Source: Octopus vulgaris (lineage: Eukaryota). From it: a stretch of DNA of 64,000 bases. Under the pieces are notes generated by a model that saw nothing but the letters and a program-made list of their open reading frames with translations, did no database searches and was not told the DNA's origin. Below are positions 24,261 through 37,265 of this stretch, piece by piece. Position numbers and translations under genes: made by a program. The number at the start of each line of letters is the position of its first letter. The stretch's first letter is position 1. The stretch is taken from NCBI GenBank assembly GCA_951406725.2, contig OX597818.1, positions 37,262,001 through 37,326,000 of the forward strand. Reading direction: 5' to 3'.

Positions 24261-27200
24261 GCCCTTTGTAGAATTATCAGAAAGATATGCTTGTAGATGA
24301 CTAGAGACATAAAAATTAATAGATGCAAATAGTCCCTCTTTATTGTGTTTGTTTTTATCTAAATGCTTTAACACCTTTGTGGTACATGTATTCAAGAGCT
24401 ATCTTAAAATAATCTTAAGAACTTTATATCTGAAGGATGATAAGCAGTTTGGTATAATTTAATTATAGTCTTTGGATGACATAGCTGCTGTTGACACCCT
24501 TACACTGTCTCAGCTAATAAATGAGTTGACTTAATCAGGGAAATCCTATTGAGTGCAATGTTGTTACAAACCCTATTTAAATCTAGTGCATCCAGTGCAA
24601 GCTAATCATCTGTCCATATCCTGTAACTAACATTGTTGGCTTAGTTATGCCCCAAGTAACTCAATTAGAACTCTAGAAAGGTTTTGTCAGAATAAAAATA
24701 AAAGAAACCTCTTTCATAAGTCATTACCAAATTCTTTCAAATCATGCTTTTCCAGTAAAATCACACACACACACACACATACAAATTGTTATTGTGCTAG
24801 CATCATTCAAAGTTAATTGAAGCACATAGATTATGTTATGAAGGAAGAAATAATAAATCTACCACTTAATGATGTATGTTGACCCTGTCAGAATATATAT
24901 AATTGTGTATACACAGGTGGTCATTTCACAGCCTATGCTTCTATTCTTTCCTTTCCCTTCACACAATAACTTTCAGTTCAGTCATTTACTTTTCCTTATG
25001 GTTCTTGTTGTTAATCATTGTTAGCTAGCTTTACAGACAACAGTATAGAAAAATTATACCATTGCTGAAATACATTCACCTCTCCTAATGAATGTACTGT
25101 GATTTTCAGTGCAAATACTTGTTTGTTTATATTAATACTGTCAGTGCAACCAAGCCCATCAGTCCTACATTTAAAACGACTTTGAGTATCAGAGGCTGTT
25201 TCCAATGGATAGACTGTTCCTGATCCATTAGTTGCTGATCCAAAAAACACAACGCTAATGATAAGTCTTAAAATTAAACTATTGATCTTTCTATTTGTAA
25301 AAACTCCGGATCAATTCATTGGCTTCCATTACTTTATTTTGCCACATTCAGTTATCTTCTTTTAAACAAAGTTATTTTAAGTAAACTTAGTGTTTTTGTT
25401 GTAGTTCTTACAAATTGATTTATAGATTTCTAGTTAATTTGCTGATGTCATATTAACCTTATTCAACGTTATGCATTGTTGGCTCTAATTTGTTATCTGC
25501 ATATGTATTTGTTTTAAAAGTGTAATTCTTGTTTTGCACTTGGTTACTTCGGTAACATTAAAAAGTTGCGGAACTTTCTTGGTAATTTAGCTTGAAATTT
25601 CTATTTTAATTGTTATTTGTATATCTTGGAGAAGAATCCAACGTAAATAAGGTTTATTTTGTTTTGAGAAACTGACCAAATTCTTGTGTATGCTAGCAAC
25701 CTGTGATTTTTACATCCTAAGTTGAAGTAATATGAAGTCAAATTAATTACTTAAATACACTAAAAACTTATAAGTCAAAAAGCATTAGCACGTAGAAGTT
25801 TATCATCATATAGAAAATGATATCAGTTTTCTAAATTTTCTAATCCACCCACGCCCAGACAATAAAAGATATCAATCAGAATTAAAATTGAGAAAACCAT
25901 TGTTTTGTTATACTTGAAGTTGGGTTTCTGGTTGATCCGGGGAATAAAGTAAAAAGAGATAAAATCTCAGTGAATAGACTGTTTTACTTTTTTTTTCTTC
26001 CTTTCATATCAGAATTACATGTTTCTGTTGAATCACACTGCCTTTGCTTTAATTAATTCTGAAAATAATGAAGATCACTTTAAAACAGGAAGCTTGTATC
26101 ATAGAACCAAGGGCAGTTTCAGGCAGTATCAAAAGGGTTAAAACTGACATAGCACAGTTATAAGCTCTTAAAAGTTGTGGTCTCCAATTTGTGAGAAATA
26201 AAATCTGTTAAGTAAGAAAATCAGATCTAGGGTAAATAATCTGAGTGTTATTTAAGTTAATGATTCATAATTTCGTTTATGTCTGTTTTTCTATGCTAGC
26301 ATGGGTTAGATGAGTACATATTACTGAGGAAGTGTAGAGCTGGAGGACTATTTGTTGATAGTTACCTGCCAAAACATATCAACTTTTGTTAAGCTCAGCA
26401 TTTTTAGACATCAAAGCACAATGTAACATTCACACACAACCAGACTCATGCAATCTTCATCTACCAAATTCACACACAAGACATCGATCAGTCTGAAGCC
26501 AAAACACTTTTTCCCAAGGTGTTTCGCAGCCTGTTTGAACCTGAAACCATTTAAAATTTATTAATAAATAACTGAACACCCACACGCATTAACTTGAAGT
26601 TTTTAGTCAAGATTATTCAGTTAAAGCATCTTTGTTATTTAAAACACATTTGTGCTAATTATAACAAGATCTCTCACGTACTCTCACTTGCTGCAATGCA
26701 GTGCATTTTTCTGTAGCAGGTGTGCACTTTCTGACTGCCTGTTATTAGATAACCAAAATTGCTGTAGTAATAATATATCATAAAATGGAGAAGCTCTGCG
26801 TTGAACAAGTAAAATATTTAAAATAATAACATGAATAATCGCACACGCAAGCAGCTTTTCTTGATTAAGTTTTGTCTTTTTTTTTTTCAGCCAGTTCTGC
26901 TGCAACATTGAAAAATACATGTTGAATTATGTTTGGAATATTATTTTTTTTTTTTACAGATTTTTTTTATTATCATTATTATTTTGGTTTATTTTTATCC
27001 AAAAATCTCTCTGCACTTTTAATTGCTTTGAAAATCAAAATATATAAACAAATAAATAAATAGTCAGCTGTTTGAAATCTTTCAGTAAATAAATTGAAAG
27101 CACAGCTGAGCTTCTCTGTGAGTGTATGTTCCATTCCTCTTTTAGGATCTAAATATCTCTAATATTAGTCAGCAGACATTCATAAAATTGCTTCAATGCC

Positions 27201-29672
27201 ATGCTACCATATCTGTCCCATCAACACAGAATGTCAAGAATGTATAGTTTGTAGTACACAATTTAGCCTGGAATATAGTATTAAGAATGCTTGATTTTCA
27301 TTAATAAAACTATTAGCTGGCAATGCAAAATGACTTATAACTTACACATGTGTATTTTGTACATATATAAAAGTAAATTTTATTACATTCATTAAAAAAA
27401 AAAAACTTTATTGAACTAAGTGGGGGAAAGGTTTCAGTTGTTGGTAGGAGTTATTTTCCAGTATACTGATGATAGTTTTGAACAGTTTCTTCCTCCCCTC
27501 CTTACTTTCTCACACTCCCTTTATATATTTATCCATTTGGAGTAAATCTTAAAATTTTTTTCTCAAATTAGAAGAAAGACAGATCTAACTTGTTACAGAT
27601 CCGTTCCACTATTCGAATGGATGTTGTTTTTTTTATTTATTTACCATGAATTTCATTTGAATAAATCTGAAAATATATTAATGAATCATTTCTATAATAC
27701 AAGTCTTTTTATTATTATTATTTTAGGAGTAGGAAAGTAGTGTTGGACCTAAAGAATCTACTTCTAGGCTTGACTCACAATTAATTTTAAGCTTCCATTT
27801 AAGAAACACCAATGGCCATGAGGTTGTGGTGCTGGATGACTATCAACTTGACCCTCTGTTCAAATTTTATTGCCTGTCATTGAGCTATTCCTTTGAGCTA
27901 GGCATAACTCTGCATGCTTCAGTTTGTCTGAATGACAACAGGCTTTCTTACTCTCCTATCTCACAGTTGGTTGGTTAGCTGTGGGGAAAGCCATTCAGCT
28001 GTTAAGCGAACACTGCAACAAAAACTATCCTTCACATGCTTGCATGTAAAGCTGCAACAACGATTAATAAAAAAAAAAGTGCAGGTTGACATTTTCTTAA
28101 AAGTACAAGAGTTGGATTGTTTTTAGTACTTCATAATGGTTTCTCAAACATTAACTATTAACCTTTTAATGTTAAGTGTGAAAGTGAATCCAACTCAATA
28201 CTATATAATTCACTGAACTCTTCATTAAGTTCCAGAAGTAACAACATAGAAGAAATATGGAAGACCTTGTTTGATGTTCTATCTCGTGCTGGTGGCAGTT
28301 TATGATGGGGTGTTGCATATGCAATCTAATATTTTGGTGACATAGTTTTGCTATTGAAGCAGATTCGGTTACTGTAGGAAGCACACTGGTCTTTGGTTCT
28401 ATAAAAGATCAATGTCCTCAATACTGTAAACATTTTAGATGAATTCTCTGCAGATAGTTAAACTTGGCTTTTTAATTGGTAGTGTTACTATATATAATTT
28501 GTATGGAGTTCTATAAATGAACTATTTTGCATTCTGTGTTCTAGATAAAATTTGGAACCTTTTAAGAGGAGGATGTCAAACAGCAGATGATCTGCTCTTT
28601 TTATTTTTGGTTTTGGAGCAAAACAAATTATTATTAAATGAAAATATTGTTTAAATCCTTTTTCAGTTTAACTGGATCTCACTTTCTAAAAGTTTCCATT
28701 TTGATATAAATCTCCCTATATACTGATGTTTAGTCCATGAAGTTAGTAACTTCTCAAATATGATTCCAGATTAAATTAAAGTATCTCCCTCGTTGACAAG
28801 TCTATGCCATAGAATATGTACACTGCAAAGTGGTTTCAAATTAAAATCCATCTTGTGTATGACCCTATATTTTCAGAAGGTAAAAGAAAAATTAACTATT
28901 AAAAATTTGACTCCTGATTTTGCAATGTATTAATATTATTGCTAGTTTTGTTGGGTTTTTTTTTTTAGACATATAGAACAATTTTTTTCTACTTTCCCGT
29001 TTCCTATATGAACAAGTAATTGTTTTCTAAACAAAATGTGAACTTTCCTTGAGAAATCTTACCAAGCTAACAATAACAAAGCTACGTGAATCTTATTCCA
29101 TTGTTCTCCGGTATAGAGTAAATGCAAATCTTTTGTTATTCCATTTTGAATTATTTTTTTCCCCCCTTCTTCGTATATTATGAAACTATTCGAACACCGA
29201 ATATACCATTGCCTTTGTTGATGTGTTTGCGCTGTTAGTCCACTTGGGCAGGGTGACGGTGGAGACCACTATTATTTTAATACATTACATACATACACCA
29301 GCAACAACACAGATTATTTCTCACATAACAAAAGCCTTCTGCATTGTTGTTTAATTACGTAAAATGCTTAGCTGGTTCGATAGGACGGTACTGGAGTTTC
29401 TTAACGTAGAAACCACTTGTTTCTTCTATTAATGGTACATCACATCACACGAATAGTCATTATACACCTTTTGAAGAAAGAAGTGCAAACGGTGTGTTGA
29501 ATCAGTGTTTAGAAATAATGTCCCCATGTTGTTGTGTTGATCATTTGCTTTTTGTCTAATATCGCATTTCGTTTCGGTTTCATATTAAATATAGTTATAT
29601 ATTGGCCGAACGAACCTGTTGAAATTTTGTTTTAATTTCAAGAATTCCACTTAAAGATTTTTTTAATACACG

Positions 29673-29676
<4 letters not shown>

Positions 29677-29731
<55 letters not shown>

Positions 29732-29869
29732 CGGAGTAAACACATAAATGTGAAACAAGGTGGAAAAAAGAGTACTCAAATACCAGAGGTAGAGTAATAT
29801 GCTTTATTTAAAAGCACCAGAAATTCAACAAAGGCTGTTACTCGGAGTTTTCTGCTGCTTTTAAATAAA

Positions 29870-29906
<37 letters not shown>

Positions 29907-29995
29907 CACAAAATTTAAAGGACTGACCACTAAAAGTGGACGGTCAATATGCTAGATATAGACGTCAAAATCGCTATTATCCATATATATATATG
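29677..29995. repeat. (TA)n arrays enclosing two short inserted fragments, probably Penelope-like element ends
   Basis: (TA)n at 29677-29729 and 29871-29902. Insert 29730-29870 ends in a fold-back. Second insert at about 29905-29982. The Penelope assignment is from recall only. Confidence 0.5.
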
Positions 29996-30854
29996 TGATT
30001 CCAAACAGGATTTTAAGTTCACTTAAACTCCTGCTTTTTCAATTTAAAGAAAACTCAAAGAATGCCCATTTTAGGTAGGTAGATAGATAGATAGACTGTG
30101 TATAAGTAGTTAGTTGAAAAGGCATATTACAGATGACTATCTGCAATCCAGTCGCTGTCCATGGGGTGCCAATTCTTTAATAAAAACATCGTCATTACAA
30201 CCACAAACGCAATTTTTTTTTTTTCAACTCACATATCTCAGCTGGTTTTTCTGTTGTGTTAACAGTTAGCCGGTCTAGTGAGTCGGTTAATTGTCTGTCT
30301 GGGTGGGTTGGAAAACGATGTAAAAAATCAAAAATCGATTGTCACTTTTACGGGTGACACAGTCATCGAGTTTTTTTGGGGGGATTTTTGTTTTCTTCTT
30401 CTAATTCTCAACAAGTTCTGGCAGTTTATTATTTGTTTACCAATGATTTTGGTAAACATTCGACCCCTTATGTCATTTCTAATTTTGCTCGATATTGATG
30501 GATGATATAAGCTTTTTTTTTTTTTTGATCGTTGACTATCTATCTTTGCATGTTAGAAAACATCTGATCTTTCACAGTACAAACATTTGTTTTATTTGTT
30601 TGCTAATATAAAATATAACTTGGTTTTAAATATATATATAGATAACTCTTATTATATAGCCATTGTGATTCTTTCAAAATTTTTTTTTTGTTCATCTTAG
30701 CTCATACACACACACATTCTGTCTCTTTGTATGTCATGTATGATTTATTTTTCTTTGTCTTTCGCCGTTTCTCTCTCTCTCGTTTCATTTATCTCTTTAT
30801 TCTCGTATTCTAATGTCATTACCAGCTGTACTTCATAAATGTTGACTTACGTCT

Positions 30855-31490
30855 GCTCTCTCTCTCACTCTCTCTGCCTTTCTCTCTCTCACTGCCTTTC
30901 TCTCTCTCTCCCTCACTCTCTCTGCCTTTCTATCCATCTATTTCACCCTTGTCTTTCTTTCTTTCTTTCTTCGGTAGCAACAATACATTCGAAGGTTAGG
31001 GAGTGAAAAGTAGGCAAAGGGATCTCGGGAAAAAGGAGAATCAATTACTCTTCTCCACATGCAAAACTCGATTAGTGATATTATTACGAAATTAGCCTGC
31101 ACTTTCAAGTGCGTACTCGTACACTAAACATGACTGGTTTTGTTTGCTGGCCTTATTTATTTATTTCCCTCTCATTCTCTCTCTCGTCACGATGTCCACT
31201 ATATTTTTCTCTCCCTCTCAACTTTTGTTTTCTTTTTTCTTTTGTAGTTTTCAGCTCTCGTCACCGCCATTTTGTTTTCTTTTCCCCAATCTTCTTCGCC
31301 GTTTCTCTCCTTTGCCTCTTTTGTTGTCTCTTACTCTATCTCTACTTTTCCCTCCCCCTCTCTTTCTAATTTCACACTTTCTCACTCACTCTCTCTGTCT
31401 CTGTCTCATCCCCTTCCTCTCTCTCTCTCCCCTTCACTCTTTCTCCTATTCCTCCTCCTCCTCCCTCCCTCCCTCCCTGCGCGTGCTTCT
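30855..31490. repeat. Polypyrimidine / (CT)n-rich tracts
   Basis: Imperfect ctctctctcactctctctgccttt repeats at 30855-30930 and a nearly purine-free + strand at 31290-31480. Confidence 0.85.
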
Positions 31491-31526
31491 CGCTGCTATT
31501 CCAGCCTCCTTCTCATTGCTGCTGGC

Positions 31527-31627
31527 CTATTTTTAGCAGTTCCACACAGCAACAAGCTAGGTTGATTGACGTCACTGACAGCCCATTGGTGGAGCTGCGA
31601 GGTCAGAGGTGGCTGTCTTGTGACTCA
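31527..31627. promoter_or_regulatory. Cluster of transcription-factor consensus sites (MEF2, CRE, CCAAT, NR half-site, AP-1); putative enhancer or alternative promoter
   Basis: CTATTTTTAG 31527-31536, TGACGTCA 31567-31574, ATTGG 31585-31589, AGGTCA 31600-31605, TGACTCA 31621-31627. Sits between long CT/GA tracts in a CpG-retaining, TE-poor region. Confidence 0.55.
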
Positions 31628-34600
31628 TACACCCAGCATTCTTTGAGTGCAATTTGAACATGTGACCTAAATGTAACACGAAGGATCTAATCTTTCTTGT
31701 CCAGCCTCAAAAGCCCTTCGAAGGAGAAGAGAGAGAGAGAAAGAGAGGGAAAGAAGCATGTCATGTGCTGTATTTCTCTTACCTGAAAAATTCTCGCATA
31801 TTCTGTTCTTTTTCTCTCCCTCTTTATATTCCATTGTCTCTTTTTCTCTCTCTCTCTCTCTCTCTCTTCTCCGGCCTACTATCAATCTTTCTAATTTTTC
31901 TTTTTTTGTTTTTACCCTTTGACTCGTAACTTGGGGAATTTCCTGGTGTCATCATTACCAAGCAACCAAGTTTAGGCATTTTTATAGAAATTCCAAAGAA
32001 AAGGCAGCACGTGCACATCCTGACTCCACGTCGGATCTTCCTCCACATTCCCCCCCCCTCACTCTTCCCTTCCCCTACAAAATCTACTAAGTCTTGACCA
32101 ATTTGTCTCTTGTTTCAAAGTCTACTAATAATCCATCTTTGGAGTCGTGTGTGTGTGTGGTGTATAACTTACACACCACATATTTCTGAAATTTCATTAA
32201 CACACAACTTTTAACTGATACTTCAACGTATGTGTGTGTGTGTTTTGCGAGTATAAACGTGTAGTTAAGAAAGGAGTTCGCATCGCAACAGTGTCTCGTT
32301 GTTTTTATTTATTTATTTATTCGACTCCACTGCGTGGGCACTTTCGGACAACGTCCCCTACTCTAGCCCTAAGGACAACCAATGTCTTTAAGCGTAAAAC
32401 TAGCGAACGAAATTGTGCGAAAGCGCACTGAATATGTCGATGTGTCTGTGTTCATACTCTTGTTTATATGTATCGGTACCAAGTTAGGTTCCTTTATTTC
32501 AACAGTAACTTTGTTGGGTTTTTTTTGTTTTATAAAACAAGTACTAGATCGATATGATCAACTGAAACCTTTCAGTCGCAGTCAATGACTAGAACCAATA
32601 AAAGTGTATATATAGTATATTGTGCGGGGGTCAAGTTGGATTACCTAATACTAAATAAAACGATATGAAATTGCAACCGTTTTATTTTACATTTAGATTT
32701 AGTACAAGTTAACCGAAGGGACAACAATACCTGGATTGTACGTCAAAGTTTTGAGAACTGTAGACGTAAGCATCATTAGTATATGGTTTAGAAGTTCACA
32801 ACTATGTGATTTTTGGTTTGATCCTACACTGTATGCCACCTTCAGCACTTGTTATCTTTCATTGTCTTGGATCCACCAATTTTTTAATTTTTTTTATGTA
32901 AGGTTTGTAGACAGAACGGAAGGACTGTTCTTGCGTGGTAGAATTAATCTATAAATTAAGTACCAGTTACGCACTGGGGTCGATGTAATCGACTTAATCC
33001 CTTTGTCTTTGTCTGTCCTTGTTTGTCCCCTCTATGTTTAGCCCCTTGTGGGCAATAAAGAAATAAGAATTAATATATCAACCAGTTGGGCACCAACGTC
33101 TAATCCTTGGTTAACACATTTGAGCCCAAGTCTATCTTGTCTTGGGAACAACTTCCTACCACATTTAAGGCATTGAAAAGGGTCATGGATACTGCCTTTT
33201 CTTAGCTACTTTATTTCTGTCTGTTTCGTCATTTTAGAATTACAGTTACCTGGCTATGAGATTTGCTTTTTCATATCGTTGCTGTTATGCAAAAGTGTCG
33301 TAAACATTGCTTTTTTTCAGAAAACGAAAAAATAATTTCACCATTCCATTTCTTTTTACATTAGCAACAGTTTCAGCTTAACAATGATACTTTGTTGGGT
33401 TCATAAAATCGTAATTCCATGCATGTATGGTATCTACAGTCAGAAATATTTTTGAAAAACTGTTGTATGTGAGGCTTACTACACTTTTGAAAAATGCTGA
33501 ACTGTTGTTGTACTACACTTTGACAATTTTCATCTGAAGCAGCTGGAGATACGATAGTTTGACCAAAAGAACCGGCTAATGCTAACAAAATTAAATATTA
33601 ATTAAAGAAAAACGCATTTAGCTAAATTTGGACATACGACAGTTTAACATAATAGCAACTATATATGCAGATGCATGTGTAATCCTCCAAACAAGGCTTT
33701 TAGACTGCATTTACACCAACAAATAAAAACTAGGCTCTGAGGAAACTTGTGGCTTGCAGTGAGAAGAATCAAATTAATCAAATTGAGTAAGTTTATATCA
33801 TAATACGAGTCTCCCCATGGCATATGGAGACTGTTCAAATTTTCAAACTGTATTAACTATTTCACAACAATATAGAAACTCAAAGTTTATTTGCTCGAGT
33901 TTAGCACCACTACTTCCATTTCTGAAAAGGTTGTTCTTTCTCCTACATTAGATATTTCTAGTTTTAACCGATTAGGACGTCTGTGTCAACTAACCTTGCC
34001 TTTTCATTAATTTATGCATTGTTCAATGTTTACCTCTGGTTATACAGATCTCATCTTGATTGATTAAACGCTATCATGCTCACCAAATTTACTATGATAG
34101 CACTCTACTTTTCTACTGAAGAAAGTTTACTTGCAATATGAACTATTTAACAGGAACAATTAACTCCTATCCCTTCAAAATGGTCTGGTTTATCTCCTTT
34201 TTGGTGGAAGAGATTCACTGATATATAAATGATATTTTATGATAAATGAACCTGAAATGTGTAGTTGGGTCACTAAATTACAAGAGAACTACTAGGTGAT
34301 TACAATTTCTCATTAACAACTCATTAATGCAAAGGAGTTTTGACAAGTCTTGCTAATTCTAAACCCTACAACCATGTCTGAACTTGTTTGCTTCTAGTAG
34401 AATAACAATCAATGACTTTGGTGCATAACTTGGAGAGAGTTTACCTTAAACATAAAGATCAGATGACCACTTGTTATTCTTTCTTTCATATTTCCTCTTT
34501 CCCTCTATTTCTTTCTCTTCATCTTTTCAGTCTTCATCCCCCTTTTCATTTTCTTGCTTCCTGAAAATCCATAATGAAAAAGAGCCTGTCTTTATAACAC

Positions 34601-35291
34601 GTTTGAAAGAAAAATTGCTCCCTATTTTACACTGTCATATAAACACACACACAGATACAGATATATATGTGTGGTATATATGATTATTAAGGAGTTCTGA
34701 TGTGTGTCATTTCTGTCCTTCGAGTCCTATTTATAGGTAGGTAAACTAGACCGGTGATAGCGAAGTGTTTTGCAATGCCAGAAAAGAGATTTTAACACTG
34801 TATAGAAGTAGAAAACTGCTGCTATCATTCTGAATGGCAGAACAGAATATATTTTCAGACTACATATATATATATATGATGCATATGTTGAAAGTGTGAT
34901 GATGCATAGCAGTTAAATTTGGTCAGCAGAATCAAAGAAAAGAATTCTCATCTGTTGCATGACAAACAGAACTTGTGCAAATGAGTTGGGAACACAATTG
35001 GGTATTGGCTGCTGGCTGCAGAACTTGGTGTTTGTGCTTGTGTGAACATGTAATGTAAATAAATGATGTTTGCTAGATGATCAAGCAGCATGACATTGTA
35101 GTAGAAAGCAAACAGGGTAGAGATGAGCTTTAAAAACATGATTTAGGAGTTGGCTAGATCTGGCTTTAGATGCTTCTTGTCTAAGGTTAGGGTTCCTCTC
35201 TTTCCTCTCACTAGTTTCAGACGCTGTGAAAAGAGTTGTGGGTGCTGCCTTTCCTCTTGACAAAGTCTTTGAAAAGATGCAGAGATAGCTA

Positions 35292-36017
35292 TACTCTTAC
35301 TCTTTTACTTGTTTCAGTCATTTGACTGCAGCCATGCTGGAGCACCGCCTTTAGTCGAGCAAATTGACCCCGGGACTTATTCTTTGTAAGCCCAGTACTT
35401 ATTCTATCGGTCTCTTTTGCCGAACCACTGACGGGGACGTAAACACACCAGCATCGGTTGTTAAGCAATGCTAGGGGGACAAACACACACATACACACAT
35501 ATATATACGACAGGCTTCTTTCAGTTTCTGTCTACCAAATCCACTCACAAGGCATTGGTCGGCCCGGAGCTATAGCAGTAGACACTTGCCCAAGATGCCA
35601 TGCAGTGGGACTGAACCCGGAACCATGTGGTTGGTAAGCAAGCTACTTACCACACAGCCACTCCTGCTATTTGCTTAAGTCATTAGACTGCGGCCATGAT
35701 GGGGAACCACCTTGAAAGGCCTTAGTTGAAAAAATTGACCCCTGTACCTATGTTTGTAAGTAAGATCCTTATTCTATCAGTCTCTTGTCAAACTGCTAAG
35801 TTACATGGATTTAAACAAGCCAACATTGGTTGTCAAGTCGTAGTGGCAGGTAACAAAAGCAGGGCTTCAGCACAGTCTTTGTCTACCAAATATTCATGGC
35901 GTATTGAACATCCCAGGGCTGTAGTAAAGACATTTGCTCAAGGAATGCATGGAGTAGAACTGAACCTGAAACCACCTAACTGCAAAGTGAGCTTCTTAAC
36001 CACACAGTCATGCCTCT
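35292..36017 (-). mobile_element. Tandem pair of SINE family A (tRNA head, CORE block, (TG)n centre; resembles octopus OR-type SINEs)
   Basis: Young copy 35292-35667 (minus head gcaggagtggctgtgtggtaag...ggttccgggttcagtccc, CORE cttgggcaagtgtct) followed directly by an older copy at 35671-36017. Confidence 0.88.
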
Positions 36018-36699
36018 TCTGTATATTGATTTATTCATGCGGTCAGTGTATTTCTCTATGAATCTGAAGTGCTGGATTATTGACCGTACAGTCAAGAATT
36101 CAAAACATTAGTTAGCACTGTCCTTTGGCCAGGAACATTATACCACTTTACCTCAGTCCACCTGGCTGCTAACATTGTAGTCTAACTTCACAGTTGCAGC
36201 ATATATTAATTTTAGCAAGATGAATACTCTCTGTTTAGCAATGAAAGCACCATGCTTTTACTAGTTTAATTTTACTTTTCTTTTTCTTCCTAGACTTATC
36301 AAATAATTTTTTATTTAGTGCTCCTATCGTTTGTGTAGCAGCTGTTTCTCAACATTTATATGAGATAAAAGCCAGTGGAGTGACAATCAGTAGAGTATTT
36401 GACAAAATACACTAGAGTATCTAACAAAATGCTTGGGTCAATAAAATATGGTACCAGTCAAAAATAATGTGGTCTTGTGCCAAAGTCAGAAAATCATTAT
36501 GTAAAAAAAATAGATAGTTCATATTTTTATTTTATCTCCAATAAGCATTTGAATGATATCAGCCTCCAGTTCCTCAGTTTATGCCTGTCTACTCTAGTGA
36601 ATCAAAATCTATCTCAGCTGAAATTGCTATGGTCATTAAATCTTGGTTCAGAACTTTTGTTCAACTAATTCTAGCCTACCATTTGTAACCAACGCAAAA

Positions 36700-37265
36700 T
36701 AAACACTTTTTTAAGCACACCCCAGTTTGTTTGGGTCTCAGTTCACATTTGGAACCAGTTTTACAAATCATATTCTGTATTTTGTGTTCTAGGTACATTC
36801 CTTTCCATGTAGGATACTTGAAAATTTGCAGGGGGGGGGGGGTTAAAAAATGTTTAAATCGTCCAAATGGAAAACATTTACCAAACCTCTTTCAAATCCT
36901 GACCAGTCTGATCACTGGCTTTACAAATCCTTATACATCTATTTGTTGGGCATCTACATGATTTCTCATTGCAAACATGTTTGCAATGAGGTTTGATAGT
37001 TTTTATTCCATAGGCCCTCAAACAACTAATTATTCAGCCATGATTTTCTTCACATTTTTTGCAACAAATGTGGTACATAACTTGATCAAGAAGCACACCA
37101 ACAGTAGCTCCACTCTTGTGCATTTATCCAAAATGGATTTTCAGCCTTTCAGTTGATGAGTATTTGTTTGGACATAAAGGAGAGCAGTGTTCAACTGATA
37201 CTGTTGAAGCTTTGTGCATATAAGCATCCTTTGTCACACAAAGCTTGTTTATTTTTGAACTAATT
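36700..37265 (-). mobile_element. Possible decayed mariner transposase 5' part
   Basis: The minus strand near 37090-37130 reads DKCTRVEL followed by V-x-F-L, resembling mariner N-termini. No intact TIR pair found. Confidence 0.3.

Noticed and set aside
25011-25250. 79-aa minus-strand ORF with plausible composition
   Set aside because: Non-ATG start, no motif and no splice support.
31109-31565. Three overlapping F/L/S-rich ORFs up to 130 aa
   Set aside because: Artefact of polypyrimidine sequence lacking stop codons. The same applies to 2162-2511 and the RE-repeat ORFs near 40.7 kb.
33373-33588. 71-aa minus-strand ORF
   Set aside because: No homology or splice signals, and the length is within chance expectation.
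34930-35280. Coding-like stretch (minus: ...QLFSQRLKLVRGKRG...HLKPDL)
   Set aside because: Perhaps a very old RTE C-terminus, but too decayed to call. Not a host gene.
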